From the NCBI RefSeq assembly GCF_009914755.1, contig NC_060928.1: DNA of 64,000 nucleotides; one strand, 5' to 3'. Shown here piece by piece: positions 1 through 15,097 of the stretch (position 1 is its first letter; the number at the start of each line of letters is the position of its first letter). Made by a program: the position numbers and the translations under genes. Source of the DNA: the human T2T-CHM13v2.0 reference genome, Homo sapiens. The notes under the pieces were generated by a model. The model saw only the letters and a program-made list of their open reading frames with translations, had not been told where the DNA came from and ran no database searches.

Positions 1-726
1 CACCTCGCTAGTAATCAAACTAATGCAAACTAAAACCACAAGGGGGGACAATTTTTTATCCAATAGATAGGCAAATATTAAAGACTAAGAATAACAAGTG
101 TTGACAAGGATGTGAGGCAGACATTACCATGATAGACATGAGCTGGGATTGTAAATGGGCATAGCTACTTTGTGTAACAAGGCTACGGCATTATCTAGTT
201 AGGTTGGAAATGTTCACATCCTGCAGCCCATCAGTTTCATTCTCTGATATCTACGCTGCAGAGAATTTTGCCCATGTATACCATCAATTTATATAATAAT
301 GTTACTAGAAGCACTTGTAGTAACACGAAAACAAATTTAAAGGAAGTAACTAAAATGCCTATTAAGAGTGAAATGGATAAGTGAATTCCTCCATATCTGT
401 CCTCTTGCATAGTACTGAAAGAATTCATTACAGTTATGTGAACAACATGGATACATTTCAGAATACCACATTGAGCAAACAAAGCAAATAGCATAAGATC
501 AATAGCAATGTGATTACATTAATATAAATGTCAAAAGCATGAGAACCCCCCCCAAAATTTATTGTTAACAAATGCAAACATAAATGGTATAACTATAAAG
601 AAAGGCAAGGAAAGGCTCATCACAAAATTAAGAGTTGTGGTTGCCTCTGAAAGGAGAAGATGAGTGCTTTCATATGGTCGTCTTCACAGTATGGTGAGTG
701 GATGGTTTATTTTGCTGTCATGTTAT
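1..726 (+). mobile_element. Old L1M (L1ME-like) ORF2 C-terminus/3'UTR relic
   Basis: Degenerate L1 3' motifs (atgcaaactaaaaccaca, gtgttgacaaggatgtg, gtaaatgggcatagctacttt, acaacatggatacattt); boundaries approximate. Confidence 0.7.
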
Positions 727-743
727 ATAATGTATGCATTTTT

Positions 744-992
744 CCAAACACCTCATGTTCTCACTCATAGGTGGGAATTGAACAATGAGAACACTTGGAC
801 ACAGGAAGGGGAACATCACACACCCGGGCCTGTCATGGGGTGGGGGGAGGGGGAAGGGATAGCATTAGGAGATATACCTAATGTAAATGACGAATTAATG
901 GGTGCAGCACACCAACATGGCACATGTATACATATGTAACAAACCTGCATGTTGTGCACATGTATCCTAGAACTTAAAGTATAATAAAAATA
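744..992 (+). mobile_element. 5'-truncated L1PA (about PA5-6) 3'UTR, ~250 bp
   Basis: L1 3'UTR with G-rich tract and A-tail; 17-bp TSD ATAATGTATGCATTTTT at 727-743 and 993-1009. Confidence 0.92.
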
Positions 993-1789
993 ATAATGTA
1001 TGCATTTTTATAATTAATATTAATATATATTTACTACATAATTATAATTAACAAGTTTTTTGATATTTAATATAAAAATTTAATGACACATTGGATAATG
1101 AATAAATTAATTACATACCTCCTTACATTGGAAATAATTAACTTATGAATTTCCCTTTACTAAGTATTTTGCTAATGCTACTAATAACTAATAATTACCA
1201 AACCATTGTTATGTAGCTGGAAATGAGTAACCAGTATTTATACATTATTTCTTTTAATCTTCTCAAACCTGTTTATATCTATGCCCGTTATATAAATGAG
1301 AAGACTATATGAGAAATTAAGTAAATTACCAAGGTTTCATAGGTATTGAAGCGGCCCTTGTTGGCGCCCTTGAGCTCACCAAGCTTTAGTTTTCAGTGTC
1401 TCATGCAACATTTAGATGCTTGGTACATGGTCAGTGGTCAATGTATTGGGAGCATAGTTTCTATTGCCAAGAAGCTTAAATAACCTCACTCAATGACCTC
1501 CTGAGATGAGGCTTGAGAAGGTGACCCCTGCAAGTTGCTGATAATTAGTGAAAATCAATAAGAAGGATGTTAACCATCTTGGGCACTATAAATAAGTCAA
1601 CTCCAGGTGGGGAAGCAAAAAAAAAAAAAAAAAAACAAAAACAAAAAAAACCAGAAACGTGTGGGTTTGTTTTGTTTTCTAAGAAGATTATTATTTAAAA
1701 ACATACAAGACTTCCATTATGGGGAGGAGCAGAGGGAACCAGCAGGTATGGAGCAGTCCTTATGCATGACAGTCACTTTCTCTGTACTC

Positions 1790-1960
1790 TCTCATTTCAT
1801 TTTCATACCCATCCTGCCATGGTATATTTTATTTCTTTCATAGGTAAGAAAACTGGGGCTCAGGCATTATTTCTGACTTACCCAAGCATGCCCATCTAGT
1901 AAGGAAGAGATCTGCATTTGAATCCAGGTCTGTCTTTCTCCAAAGCTGTCTTTACTCTGC
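1790..1960 (-). mobile_element. MIR SINE fragment
   Basis: gaaaactggggctcag...gacttacccaag...atttgaatccaggtctgtct, the reverse MIR core. Confidence 0.7.
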
Positions 1961-3400
1961 CAGATCAAATCAAGAAAGAAACATCTTTGAGCCTCTGCTA
2001 GGTATCGGTCCCTCTGGTGGATACAGCATGGAGGGTGTGTGACATCTCATCCATATCAGCTTTGGTGTCAAATAAACTACATTCTGGAAATTTGATGCTT
2101 GATCTTTATACTTTTTATTTAGAAACTTATAATAATTAATAATAATAAGAAGAAAACCAATCTTACAAGATTGTCATAGTGAATCCAAAATAATATTAAT
2201 TATAAAATTCTTGACAGCTAATAGGTGTTTATACAGGTTTGTGCTCTTACTCTTCCTACCTTTCTCTAGGTAGGAAATTAGTGAGCTGGGCTTCGATTTT
2301 CCACAGTAGCTGAGAGGGCTTTATGAACTGACTCCCCTCCTCTGGGGCTTCGTGTTCTCATCAGCACAAAGGGCAGTAGACCAGATGTCATTAGGAAGGA
2401 CCAAGCCCCAAGGGCCACGGTGAATCAGGCTTCAAAAATGAGATGGCAAATATCCTCCATCATTCTATGAAGCAGTGTGAACAGAGAGCAGGGAAATGAA
2501 TCTCATTCTATTCTTTTCTGAAACAACAGGAATACGAACCCTCACCACCCACCTCGCTGGGATCTGGGAAGGATTAATGAGACATAATATGCAGTGCTCC
2601 ACTGAGAGCTATTACCATCTTATAGGGGGAAAATTCCCATTGTTGCCTGCAAACAAGACTGACAATTTGATGAGGTGTGAATATTTTTAGTGTAACAGTA
2701 TGTAAACACTGCTTTTTTCATCCAAGTCATCACTGTGCACATACCCTTATGCATTTTTATGAGGCCATTTCTCTGCGGCTGTAAATAGTCTGTGCTTGCC
2801 CTTTTCCACGAGCTCGTAGAATGTGCCGACCAGGGGCCAGGCTGAACCTCTAAGCTGATTCCTAGGGCTGTCCACATCCTTTGGGAGAATGTTAATAGGC
2901 ATATTCACATTTTGTACCAAAGTATATGCCTTCCTGCTGGCCTATACAAATTGCATCATGCAAGGACAGGGGCAAAAAAGGCCTCTGTTGGAGAAGGTTC
3001 AGCTATTTCATAGTGATAAATATGGAACGGCAACGTGATTACCAAAGCAGAAAAGCAGAAAAAAAGGCAGGATTCCTGATGCTAATTTCTGTTCCTGTCA
3101 CACTTGCTTAGAAAGTCAGAAAAAAGCCTAAGTCTTCAAACCAATACCTTTTCAATAAAGAATTCCACCATTCATTCAAGAAGCATTAACTGGGCACTAG
3201 GTACCAGAGAATGAGCCACGCACTAGGATATAAAAGTTAATACGACTTAGTTCTACCCTCCTGTGATTATATTTTAGTGAAGGAATTGACAAATAAATGA
3301 CGACAATTCAGTGAAAAGTGTGCAATGCACAGATTTTCTTCCATCTTATCCCCCGTCCATCTAACCCCTAAAGCATCACCTTCCTCACAATACCCGATAA

Positions 3401-3786
<386 letters not shown>

Positions 3787-4451
3787 TGTTTCTGCATTTT
3801 GATATCTCTTTCCCAACCCTCTCTCTGCTGCTGGTTACATCTTAAATTCTAGGGCCATTACTGTCTGAGACCCTATTACTACACTGCCTGATAGGCCTGG
3901 GCAGTGGGGTGAATGAGGGGCAGGGCAGGGTTTTCTCTTTTGCCTCAACACTGCATTCCTTATGAAAGCACATTGCAAGGTGGTAACACGTATCTCATAC
4001 CACTGAGGGTGGCATGCATGGTGAGGTCAGAGTATATAAATCCATGCACTAAAAATAACAAATCCTGCCATATCCACCTCCAGAAGATCCCCAATCCAAT
4101 CATTTCTTTACCCTTCCAGTGAGATCCCCCAATCCCAACAACTCATGATTATTTGTAATTTGGCTAAACCAATAGTTTCCTATTTCTCACACTCTACCCT
4201 TTTCCCCCACTCCCAAAATCAATTTCCCCTCAACAACCAGAACAACTTTTAAAATTACAAATTAGATCATATTCTGTATTATATAGGCCCTCCAATACTT
4301 CTGTAACACTTAAAATCCAGAATCTTCACAATGGTCTTTAAGACCTGGTTCCTGCTGGTCTTTTCCAAACTCTCTCTTACTTCTCTCCCCCTTACTCTAT
4401 GGATCCAAACTACATGGCCCTCTTTCTGTGCCCTAAAGATGTTCAGCTTGG

Positions 4452-7400
4452 AGGAAGAGCTCCCGCCTGTAGCTCCCAGCAAGACCAACGCAGAAGGCAG
4501 ATGATTTCTGCATTTCCAACTTAGGTACCCAGTTCATCTCATTGGGGCTGGTTAGACAGTGGGTGTAGCGCAGGGAGGGCTAGCAGGAGGGTGGGGCATC
4601 AACTCATCTGGGAAGCACAGGGGGTCAGGGAACTGCCTCCCCTAACCAAGGGAAGTCATGAGGGACCTTGCTATGAAGGATGGTGCTATCTGGCCCAGAT
4701 ACTATGCTTTTCCTACGGTCTTCACAACCCACAACCCAGGAGATTCCCTCAGGTACCTACACCACAAGGGCCCTGAGTTTCAAGCACAAAACTGGGCAGC
4801 CGTTTGGGCAGACACCAAGCTAGCTGCAGGAGATATTTTTTTCCTATCCCAGTGGTGCCTGGAATGCCAGTGAGACAGAATCATTCACTCCCCTGGAAAG
4901 GAGGCTGAAGCCAGGGAATCAAGTAGTCTTGCTCAGCGGAGCCCAACCCACAGAGCCCAGCAAGCTAAGATCCACTGGCTTGAAATTCTTGCTGCCAGCA
5001 CAGCAGTCAGAAGTCAACCTGGGACACAGGAACTTGGTGGAGGGAGGAGAGCCAGCCATTACTGAGGCTTGAGTAAGTCGTTTTCCCCTCACAGTGTAAA
5101 CAAAGCCTCCAGGAAGTTCAGACTGGGTGGAGTCCACCGCAGCACCATGAAGCCACTGTAGCCAGACTGCCTCCCTAGATTCCTCCTCTCTGGGCCAGGG
5201 ATATCTGAAAGAAAGGCAGCAGCCCCAGTCAGAGGCTTATAGATAATGCTCCCATCTCCCTGGGACAGAGCACCTGGGAGAAGGGGCAGCTGTGGGTGCA
5301 GCTTCAGCAGTCTTAAACATTCCTGCCTGCTGGCTCTGTAGAGAGGAGCAGATCTCCCAGCACAGTGGTCAAGCTCTGCTAAGTGGACCCCCAGCAAACT
5401 CCAGCAGACCTGTAGAAGAGGGGCTTGACTGTTAGAAGGAAAACTAACAAACAGAAAGGAATAGCATCAACATCAACAAAAAGGACAACCACACAAAAAC
5501 TCCATCAGAAGGTCACTAACAGCAAAGACCACAGATAGATAAATCCATGAAGTTGAGGAAAAACCAGCACAAAAAGGCTAAAAATTCCAAAAACCAGAAT
5601 GCCTCTTCTCCTCCAAAGGATCACAACTCCTCAACAGCAAGGGAACAAAACTGGACAGAGAATGAGTTTGATGAATTCACAGAAGCAAGCTTCAGAAGGT
5701 GGGTAATAACAAACTTCTCTGGGCTAAAGGATCATCTTCTAACCCATGGCAAGGAAGCTAAGAACCTTGATAAATGCTTACAGGAATTGCTAACTAGAAT
5801 AATCAGTTTAGAGAAGAACATAAGTGACCTGACAGAGCTGAAAAATACAGCACGAGAATTTCGTGAAGCATATGCAAGTATAAATAGCCGAATTGATTAA
5901 GCAGAAGAAAGGATATCAGAGATTGAAGATCAACTGAATGAAATAAAGCATGTAGGCAAGATTAGGGAAAAAGAATGAAAAGGAACAAACAAAGACTCCA
6001 AGAAATATGGGATTATGTGAAAAGACCCAACCTACATTTGATTGGTGTACCTGAAAATGATGGGGAGAATGGAACCAAGTTGGAAAACACACTTCAGGAT
6101 ACTGTCCAGAGAACTTCCCCAATATAGCAAGACAGGCAAACATTCGAATTCAGGAAATACAGAGAACACCACAAAGATACTCCTCAAGAAGAACGACCCC
6201 AAGACACATGATTGTCAGATTCACCAAGGTTGAAATGAAGGAAAAATATTAAGGATAGCCAGACAGAAAGGTCAGCTTACCCACAAAGGGAAGCCCATCA
6301 GACTAACAGCAGATCTGTCTGCAGAAACCCTACAAGCCAGAAAAGAGCATGGGCCAATATTCAACATTCTTAAAGAAAAGAATTTTCAGTCAAGAATTTC
6401 ATATCCAGCCAAACTAAGCTTCATAAGTGGAGGAAAAATAAAATATTTTACAAACAATAAAATGCTGAGAGATTTTGTCACCACCAGGCCGGCCTTACAC
6501 GAGCTCCTGAAGGAAGCACTAAACATGGAAAGGAAAAACCAGTGCCAGCCACTTAAAAACAAATGAAAAAATACAGACCATTGACACTATGAAGAAACTG
6601 CAACAACTAATGGGCAAAATAACCAGCTAGCATCATGATGACAGGATCAAATTCACACATAACAATATTAACCTTAAATGTAAATGAGCTAAATGCCCCA
6701 ATTAAAAGGCACAGACTGGCAAATTGGATAAAGAGTCAAGACCCATCAGTGTGCTGTACTCAGGAGACCCATCTCACCTGCAAAGATACACATGGGCTCA
6801 AAATAAAAGGATACAGGAAGATTTACCAAGCAAATGGAAAGAAAGAAAGCAGGGGTTGCAATCCTAGCCTCTAATAAAACAGACTTTAAACCAACAATGA
6901 TCAAAAAAGACAAAGACGGGCATCACTTAATGGTAAAGGGATCAATGCAACAAGAAGAGCTAATTATCCTAAATATATATGCACCCAATACAGGAGCACC
7001 CAGATTCATAAAGCAAGTCCTTAGGGACCTACAAAGAGACTTAGACTCCCACACAATAACAGTGGGAGAATTTAACACCCCACTCTCAATATTAGATCAA
7101 TGAGACAGAAAATTAACAAGGATATTCAGGACTTGAAATCAGCTCTGGACCAAGTGGGCCTAATAGACATCTGCAGAACTCTGTACCCCAAATCAACAGA
7201 ATATACATTCTTCTCAGCACCACATAGCACTTATTCTAAAATTGGCCACGTAATTGGAAGTAAAACACTCCTCAGCAATTGCAAAAGATGGAAATCATAA
7301 CAAACAGTCTCTCAGACCACAGTGCACTCAAATTAGAACTCTGGATTAAGAAAATCACTCAAAGCCGAACAACTACATGGAAGCTGAACAACCTGCTCCT

Positions 7401-10400
7401 GCAAGACTACTAGGTAAATAACGAAATTAGGGAATAAATAAATAAGTTCTTTGAAATCAATGAGAACAAAGACACAACATACCAGAATCTCTGGGAAACA
7501 GCTAAAGCAGTGTTTAGAGGGAAACGTATAGCACTAAATGCCCACAGGAAAAAGCAGGAAAGATCTAAAATCAACACCCTAACATCACAATTAGAAGCAC
7601 TAGAGAAGCAAGAGCAAACAGATTCAGAAGCTAACAGAAGACAAAAAATAACTAGGATCAGAGCAACTGAAGGACATAGAGACATGAAAACCATTCAAAA
7701 AATCAATGAATCCAGGAGCTAGTTTTTTGAAAAAATTAACAAAATAGATCGACTGCTAGCCAGACTAATAAAGAAGAATAGAAGAATCAAATAGACACAA
7801 TAAAAAATGATAAAGGGGAGATCACCACTGATCCCACAGAAATACTAACTACCATCAGAGAATACTATAAACACCTCTATGCAAATAAACTAGAAAATCT
7901 AGAAGAAATGGATAAATTCCTGGACACAAACACCCTCCCAAGACTAAACCAGGAAGAAGTCAAATCCCTGAATAGACCAATAACGAGTTCTGAATTTGAG
8001 GTAGTAATTAACAGCCTACCAACAAAAAAAGCCCAGGACCAGACGGATGAACAGCCGAATTCTACCAGAGGTACAAAGAGGAGCTGGTACCATTTCTTCT
8101 GAAACTATTCCAAACAATAGAAAAAGAGGGACTCCTCCCTAACTCATATTATGAGACCAGCATCATTCTGATATCAAAACCTGGCAGAGACAAAACAAAA
8201 AAAGAAAGTTTCAGGCCAATATCCGTTGATGATGAACTTCAATGTGAAAATCCTCAATAAAATACTGCCAAACCAATTCCAGCAGCACATTAAAAAGCTT
8301 ATCTACCACAATCAAGTCGGCTTCATCCCTGGGATGCAAGGCTGGTTCAACATATGCAAATCAGTAAATGTAATCCATCACATAAACAGAACCAATGACA
8401 AAAACCACATGATTATCTCAATAGATACAGAAAAGGTCTTTGATAAAATTCAACACCTCTTCATGCTAAAAACTCTCAATAAACTAGGTATCAATGAAAC
8501 ATATCTCAAAATAATCAGAGCTATTTATGACAAATCCATAGCCAATATCATACTGAATGGGCAAAAGCTGGAAGCATTCCCTTTGAAAACCAGCACAAGA
8601 CAAGGATGCCATCTCTCACCACTCCTATTCAACATAGTATTGGAAGTTCTGGCCAGGGCAATCAGGCAAGAGAAAGAAATAAAGGGTATTCTGTTTGCAG
8701 ATGGCATGATTGTATATTTAGAAAACCCCATCATCTCAGCCAAAAATCTCCTTAAGCTGATAAGCAACTTCAGCAAAGTCTCAGGATACAAGATCAATGT
8801 GCAAAAATCACAAGCATTCCTATACACCAATAATAGACAAACAGAGAGCCAAATCATGAGTGAACTCCCATTCACAATTCCTGCAAAGAGAATAAAATAC
8901 CTAGGAATACAACTTACAAGGGACATGAAGGACTTCTTCAAGAACAACAAACCTCTGCTCAAGGAAATAAGAGAGGACACAAACAAATGGAAAAACATTC
9001 CATGCTCATGGATAGGAAGAATCAATATCATGAAAATGGCCATACTGTTCATAGTAATTTATAGATTCATCACTATTCCCACGAAGCAACCACAAAGATT
9101 CTTCACAGAATTAGAAAAAACCACTTTAAATTTCATATGGAACCAAAAAAAAGCCCGTATAGCCAAGACAATCCTAAGCAAAAAGAACAAAGTTGGAGGC
9201 ATAACACTGCCTGACTTCAAACTATACTACAAGGCCACAGTGACCAAAACAGCATGGTACTGGTACCAAAACAGATCTATAGACCAATGGAACAGAACAG
9301 AGTCCTCAGAAATAACACCATAAATCTACAACCATCTGATCTATGACAAACGTGACAAAAACAAGCAATGGGGAAAGGATTCCCTATTTAATAAATGTTG
9401 TTGGGAAAACCGGTTAGCCATATGCCAAAAACTGAAACTGGACCCCTTCCTTACACCTTATACAAAAATTAATTAAAGATGGATTAAGGATTGAAATGTA
9501 AGACCTAAAACCATAAAAACCCTAGAAGAAAACCTATGCAATACCATTCAGGACATAGGCATGGGCAAAGACTTCAGGACTAAAACACAAAAAGCAATTG
9601 TAACAAAGCCAAAATTGACAAATGAAATCTAATTCAACTAAAGAACTTCTGCACAGCAAATGAAATCTAATTCAACCAAAGAACTTCTGCACAGCAAAAT
9701 AAACTATCACCCAAGTGAACAGGCAACCTACAGAATGGGAGAAAATTTTTGCAATCTATCCATCTGACAAAGGGCTAATATTCAGAATCTACAAGGAATT
9801 TAAATTTACAAGGAAAACACAAATAACCCCATCAAAAAGTGGACAAAGGATATGAGCAGACACTTCTCAAAAGAAGACATTTATGCAGCCAACAAACATG
9901 AAAAAAAATGCTCATCATCACTGGTCTTTAGAGAAATGTGAATGAAAATCACAATGACATACCATCTCATGCCAGTTAGAATGGTGATCATTAAAATGTC
10001 AGTAAACAACAGATGCTGGAGAGGATGTGTAGAAATAGGAACACTTTTATACTGTTGGTGGGAGTGTTGTGGAAGACAGTGTGGTGATTCCTCAAGGATC
10101 TAGAACTAGAAATACCATTTGACCCAGCAATCCCATTACTGGGTATATAACCAAAGGATTATAAATCATTCTACTATAAAGACACATGCACACTTATGTT
10201 TATTGCAGCGCTATTCACAACAGCAAGGACTTGGAAACAACCCAAATGCCCATCAATGTTAGACTGGATAAAGAAAATGTGGCACATATACACCCTGGAA
10301 TACTATGCAGCCACAAAAAATAATGAGTTTATGTCCTTTTCAGGGACATGGATGAAGCTGGAAATCATCATTCTCAGCAGACTAACACAGGAACAGAAAA

Positions 10401-10631
10401 CCAAACACCACATGTTCTCACTCATAAGTGGGAGCTGAACAATGAGAACATAGGGTCACAGGGAGGGGAATATCACACACTGAGGCCTGTCGGGGGCTGG
10501 GGGGCAAGGGGAAGGATAGCATTAGGAGAAATATCTAATGTAGATTACGATGGGTGCAGCAAACCAACATGGCACATGTATACCTATGTAACAAACCTGC
10601 ACATTCTGCACATGTATCCCAGAACTTAAAG

Positions 10632-10666
<35 letters not shown>
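4452..10666 (+). mobile_element. Near-full-length L1PA7-type LINE-1, inactive
   Basis: 5'UTR, fragmented ORF1 (from 5547) and ORF2 (from ~6638), L1PA7-style 3'UTR, A31 tail (10636-10666); 17-bp TSD AAAGATGTTCAGCTTGG at 4435-4451 and 10664-10680. Confidence 0.93.
6638..10438 (+). pseudogene. ORF2: Disrupted L1 ORF2 (EN/RT) of the L1PA7 copy
   Basis: ORF fragments MTGSNSHITILTLNVN..., AGVAIL..., [15 protein letters not shown]..., FADG instead of FADD; many stops and frameshifts. Confidence 0.93.
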
Positions 10667-10668
<2 letters not shown>

Positions 10669-11388
10669 TGTTCAGCTTGGTTCTATACCTTTGGGTTTAT
10701 GCATTTGTTATTTTTTTCTATCTGAAATTTACTCCAACAAGACCTTCACTTGGCTGGCACCCTTATATCATGTCTCGGCTCAAATGCCCCCACTTAACTG
10801 ACTATCCAATTTGTCCCCCACCCCCATGCCATGAGGTGCTAACAAAAAACTCACTTTTATTTCATCATAGCTATTGTCATGACCTGAAATTGTCATGTTT
10901 ATTTCTTTGCATTTGTTTTTATTGTGTGCACTGCCCTACCAAGTTTCTAAATCACATTAGGAAAAGCATTTTACTGCCTTATCTACCCTTTATCCCAACA
11001 CTTAGCACAATGTCTTCCAAAGGGCAGTGGCTCAATAAGTGAATATCCTGATCATACAAAAGGAAACTATAAGAAACGTTGATTGTTCAGATTTCCCAGA
11101 CAACTTATCAATCTATAGTGCCCCACTCCAGTCAGAGTACCACCTTCTTCAAAGCCTTCAGTGCTGATGCCTAACTCCTATCCACAGGGCTGATCTGGAC
11201 CAGAAATCTGTACACTGACAGTGCTTCACCTATTTGCAGAGGCAGAACTACATTTTTCAGAGTCTAAGTCTTTCAGTCTAATATTTCAGCAAAATATTTT
11301 AACACCAATTCTGGCCCTATACATTTATCAAAACTGTTCAGCCCCTTCAAATTCTCTTCTCCCTGGAGAGGTGCTGCAACGCTCCCAA

Positions 11389-11738
11389 TATGGTTTGAAT
11401 GTTTTCTTGTGTTCTCCCAAGAGTCATATGTTGAAATCTGAGCCCCCAAGGTAATGATATTAGAAGAAAGGATTAAGTCATGAGGATCAAATCCTCATTA
11501 TTGGGATTAGTGCTATTATAAAAGATGCCCAAGAAAAATCCTTGCTTTTTCCATCATGTGAGGACACAACAAGAAGTTGGCTTTCTGCAAGCCAGGAAAC
11601 AAGCCCTCACCAGGAAAGATATTGATTGGCATCTTAATCTTAGATTTCCCAGTCTCCAGAACTGTGAGAAATAAATTTCTGTTGTATATAAACTACCCAG
11701 TCTATGATATTTTTATTGCAACTCAAACCAACTAAGAA
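11389..11738 (+). mobile_element. MLT1A-type MaLR solo LTR
   Basis: tatggtttgaatgt...gggattagtgctattataaaag...ccagaactgtgagaaataaatttctgttg...caactaaga. Confidence 0.85.
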
Positions 11739-12068
11739 ACCCCCTCATTCTTCTTAATCACCAAATAAATAGATGTTAGGTCAAGAAAATATACAAACAC
11801 ACACACCTGTTAGGGGTAAGCATCAATTTTCAAACACAATACAATCTGAATCCATCCTAAGTAGAGGAATAAAAATATTCCTGGGAGCAGGAATATTTTC
11901 ACAGTTGTTATTGCTCATATTGATCATATCATCTTTCAACATTAGAAGAGCAATGGCCATTTCCCTTCAGACTCTGTTCTGTATCACTGGTGATGTATGA
12001 GAAACAAGGTGCAGTACAGAACCATCTACTCCCACTGGTCAACTCTTAACTACCAACAGGCCAGTAGA

Positions 12069-12186
12069 ACATTTTACATTATTTTACATTAATTTTACAT
12101 TTACATTTACATTACATTTAATTAACAATTTACATTACATTACATTACATTTAATTAACAATTAAATTTACATTTACATTAATTTT
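12069..12186. repeat. Degenerate (TTACA)n / AT-rich simple repeat
   Basis: Repeated ttacat/ttttacat/ttaattaac units. Confidence 0.85.
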
Positions 12187-12379
12187 GTTCGTTTACTCTT
12201 TGGTCCAAGTCACTTCTCTGGTAGATTGTCTTTTTGAGATTCCTAGACACAGAAGAAAGGCTGTGTAAGAATCCATCTGTAATTCTTGGAAAAGTAAGGC
12301 AGTCATTTTTCCAGGGAGGGTCTTTCTCTCAGGTACAGATAACAGCTAAACAGAATGTTTTAGCTCCTTGGAGAAGAGG

Positions 12380-12770
12380 CCACTGACACAGCCCACGTGT
12401 GACAGGTGGATGAGGCAGAAATGAGAGAAGGTTTCCCAGGCAGGTGATCTAAGAGCCAGCTCTAAATAGTTTATAAGCAAAGAAGATAATTTCAGGCAGA
12501 ATCTGCATGAGCAAAAGCCTGAAGGCAAGTCATAGCATGAAACAACCCGAGAACCCAGGGAATTTCATGCAGGTGAAGCACAAAGAGGCATAAGAGAAGA
12601 GTGGTAATAGATGTGTCTGAAGTGGAAACAACAACAACAAAAAAAGCACCTATCATAAATAACGTAGTAAGTAGTATAAGAAATCCAAACACTTCTCTGA
12701 AAACAAAGCAAAAGAGTGACAGGTTTTAAGCAGAGAATGGAACTTGGATTTCAGGATTTTGTTTTAGCAC
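12380..12770 (-). mobile_element. L2 fragment
   Basis: agaaggtttcccagg...ttcaggcagaatctgcatgagcaaaagcctg...aggttttaagcagagaatg. Confidence 0.65.
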
Positions 12771-13239
12771 TAGAGTTTGCTTCGACCATATGTGCCCCTC
12801 CCGTTGCTCTCTCCCCTCCCATTGCTGGCCTATACCTGAGCGCTGAGTCATTGCCAGGTGCTAGGACTTCTAAGAACATCAACCACAAATCATTACCTGA
12901 GAAACAGGCTTATGTTTTTGTTTTGTGGTTTTTTTTTTTTTCATTTTACAATGGAAGAGACCTAACTGAAGTTCCTAGTAATTAAAATAAGCAAATGCTA
13001 CTTATGTAATGGATTATTAATTATCCTGCCTGTGCTTCTGAATGTCTTGTTTGAATAGATCTTGATATTTAGAGGGGAATTTTGGTGTCAGAGGTGCCTA
13101 TCTTCTGCGTCATGCATGACTGTTGATCCTTTTCCAAAACAAATTCAAGTCTGCTGACTAATATTTAGATGATAAACTTGACATTTCCATTTCTTAGGTT
13201 ATTAATCATGTGCTGTATCCCAACTGAGGTTTGCTTTAA

Positions 13240-14263
<1,024 letters not shown>

Positions 14264-14433
14264 AGAAAATGTATCTGTGTGTTGAACCAGCTTCTTTCCC
14301 AATAATGTTCCCAGCAAGCCAGGTAAGGAAAGAAGCAATGTTTAATTATGTTAACCTGTCTCCATTCGCAACACAATTAAAATACATTACTGTTGTACAG
14401 AGCATGTGAAAATAGTGATAAAGAGTAATTAGA

Positions 14434-14779
14434 CCATGTGGTATTTGACGTTCTGTTTCTGAGTTATTTCACTTAAGATAAAAATGGACTCCGGTTTCAT
14501 CCATGTTGCTGCAAAAGTCAAATAACACATGTTCTCACTTATAAGTGGGAATCAAAATAAAGTGTACACATGGACACAGATCATGGAATAATAGACTGGA
14601 GACTTGGAAAGGTGGGAGGCTGGGAGGTGGGTGAGGGATGAGAAATTATTTAATGGGTACAATGTATACTATTTGGGTGATGGTTATACCAAAATCCCAG
14701 ACTTCACCACTATCCACTATGCAATATATCCATGTAACAAATCTGCATTTGTATCCCATAAATGTATATATATTTTTAA
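14434..14779 (+). mobile_element. Short L1MA1/2-type 3' end with an inverted 5' segment
   Basis: 14434-14517 is reverse-complement L1; 14514-14779 is sense 3'UTR homologous to 60936-61180; TSD AAAGA(G/A)TAATTAGA at 14420-14433 and 14780-14793. Confidence 0.85.
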
Positions 14780-15039
14780 AAAGAATAATTAGAATATTAA
14801 TTTCTAAACTCGGAGACCCCCCATGTAGAGGAATGAGCATCAAACCCGGGATCAAAGACCTCCATTTGGACCCAGCTCTGCTCCTGGGTGTGTTTCCTGC
14901 CTTAGACAAGCTACTTCACATTTCTGAGCTCTTCACAAGCTGCATTAACGGGGTAAATATGAGACTTTCCATCAAGATTAAAAGCAGGCAGCCTGGTTAA
15001 GAGGTAATGCTGTTATTCTTACCATCAATACCATTACAC

Positions 15040-15042
<3 letters not shown>

Positions 15043-15094
<52 letters not shown>
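15043..15094. repeat. (TG)26 perfect microsatellite
   Basis: Direct reading. Confidence 0.98.

Positions 15095-15097
<3 letters not shown>

Larger units (their letters stand above)
4240..11043 (+). mobile_element. L2 3' portion split by the L1PA7 insertion (~4240-4451 and 10664-11043)
   Basis: L2 motifs continue across the TSD (aaaatccagaatcttcacaatggtc ... ctcaaatgcccc ... ctcaataagtgaat). Confidence 0.75.

Noticed and set aside
4919-5059. ORF0-homologous frame in L1PA7 (MAGSPPST..., 46 aa)
   Set aside because: Expected decayed homologue; truncated, and its promoter is CpG-depleted
10636-10666. Pure A31 tail suggesting a recent insertion
   Set aside because: The element body is heavily mutated; tail purity is better explained by slippage
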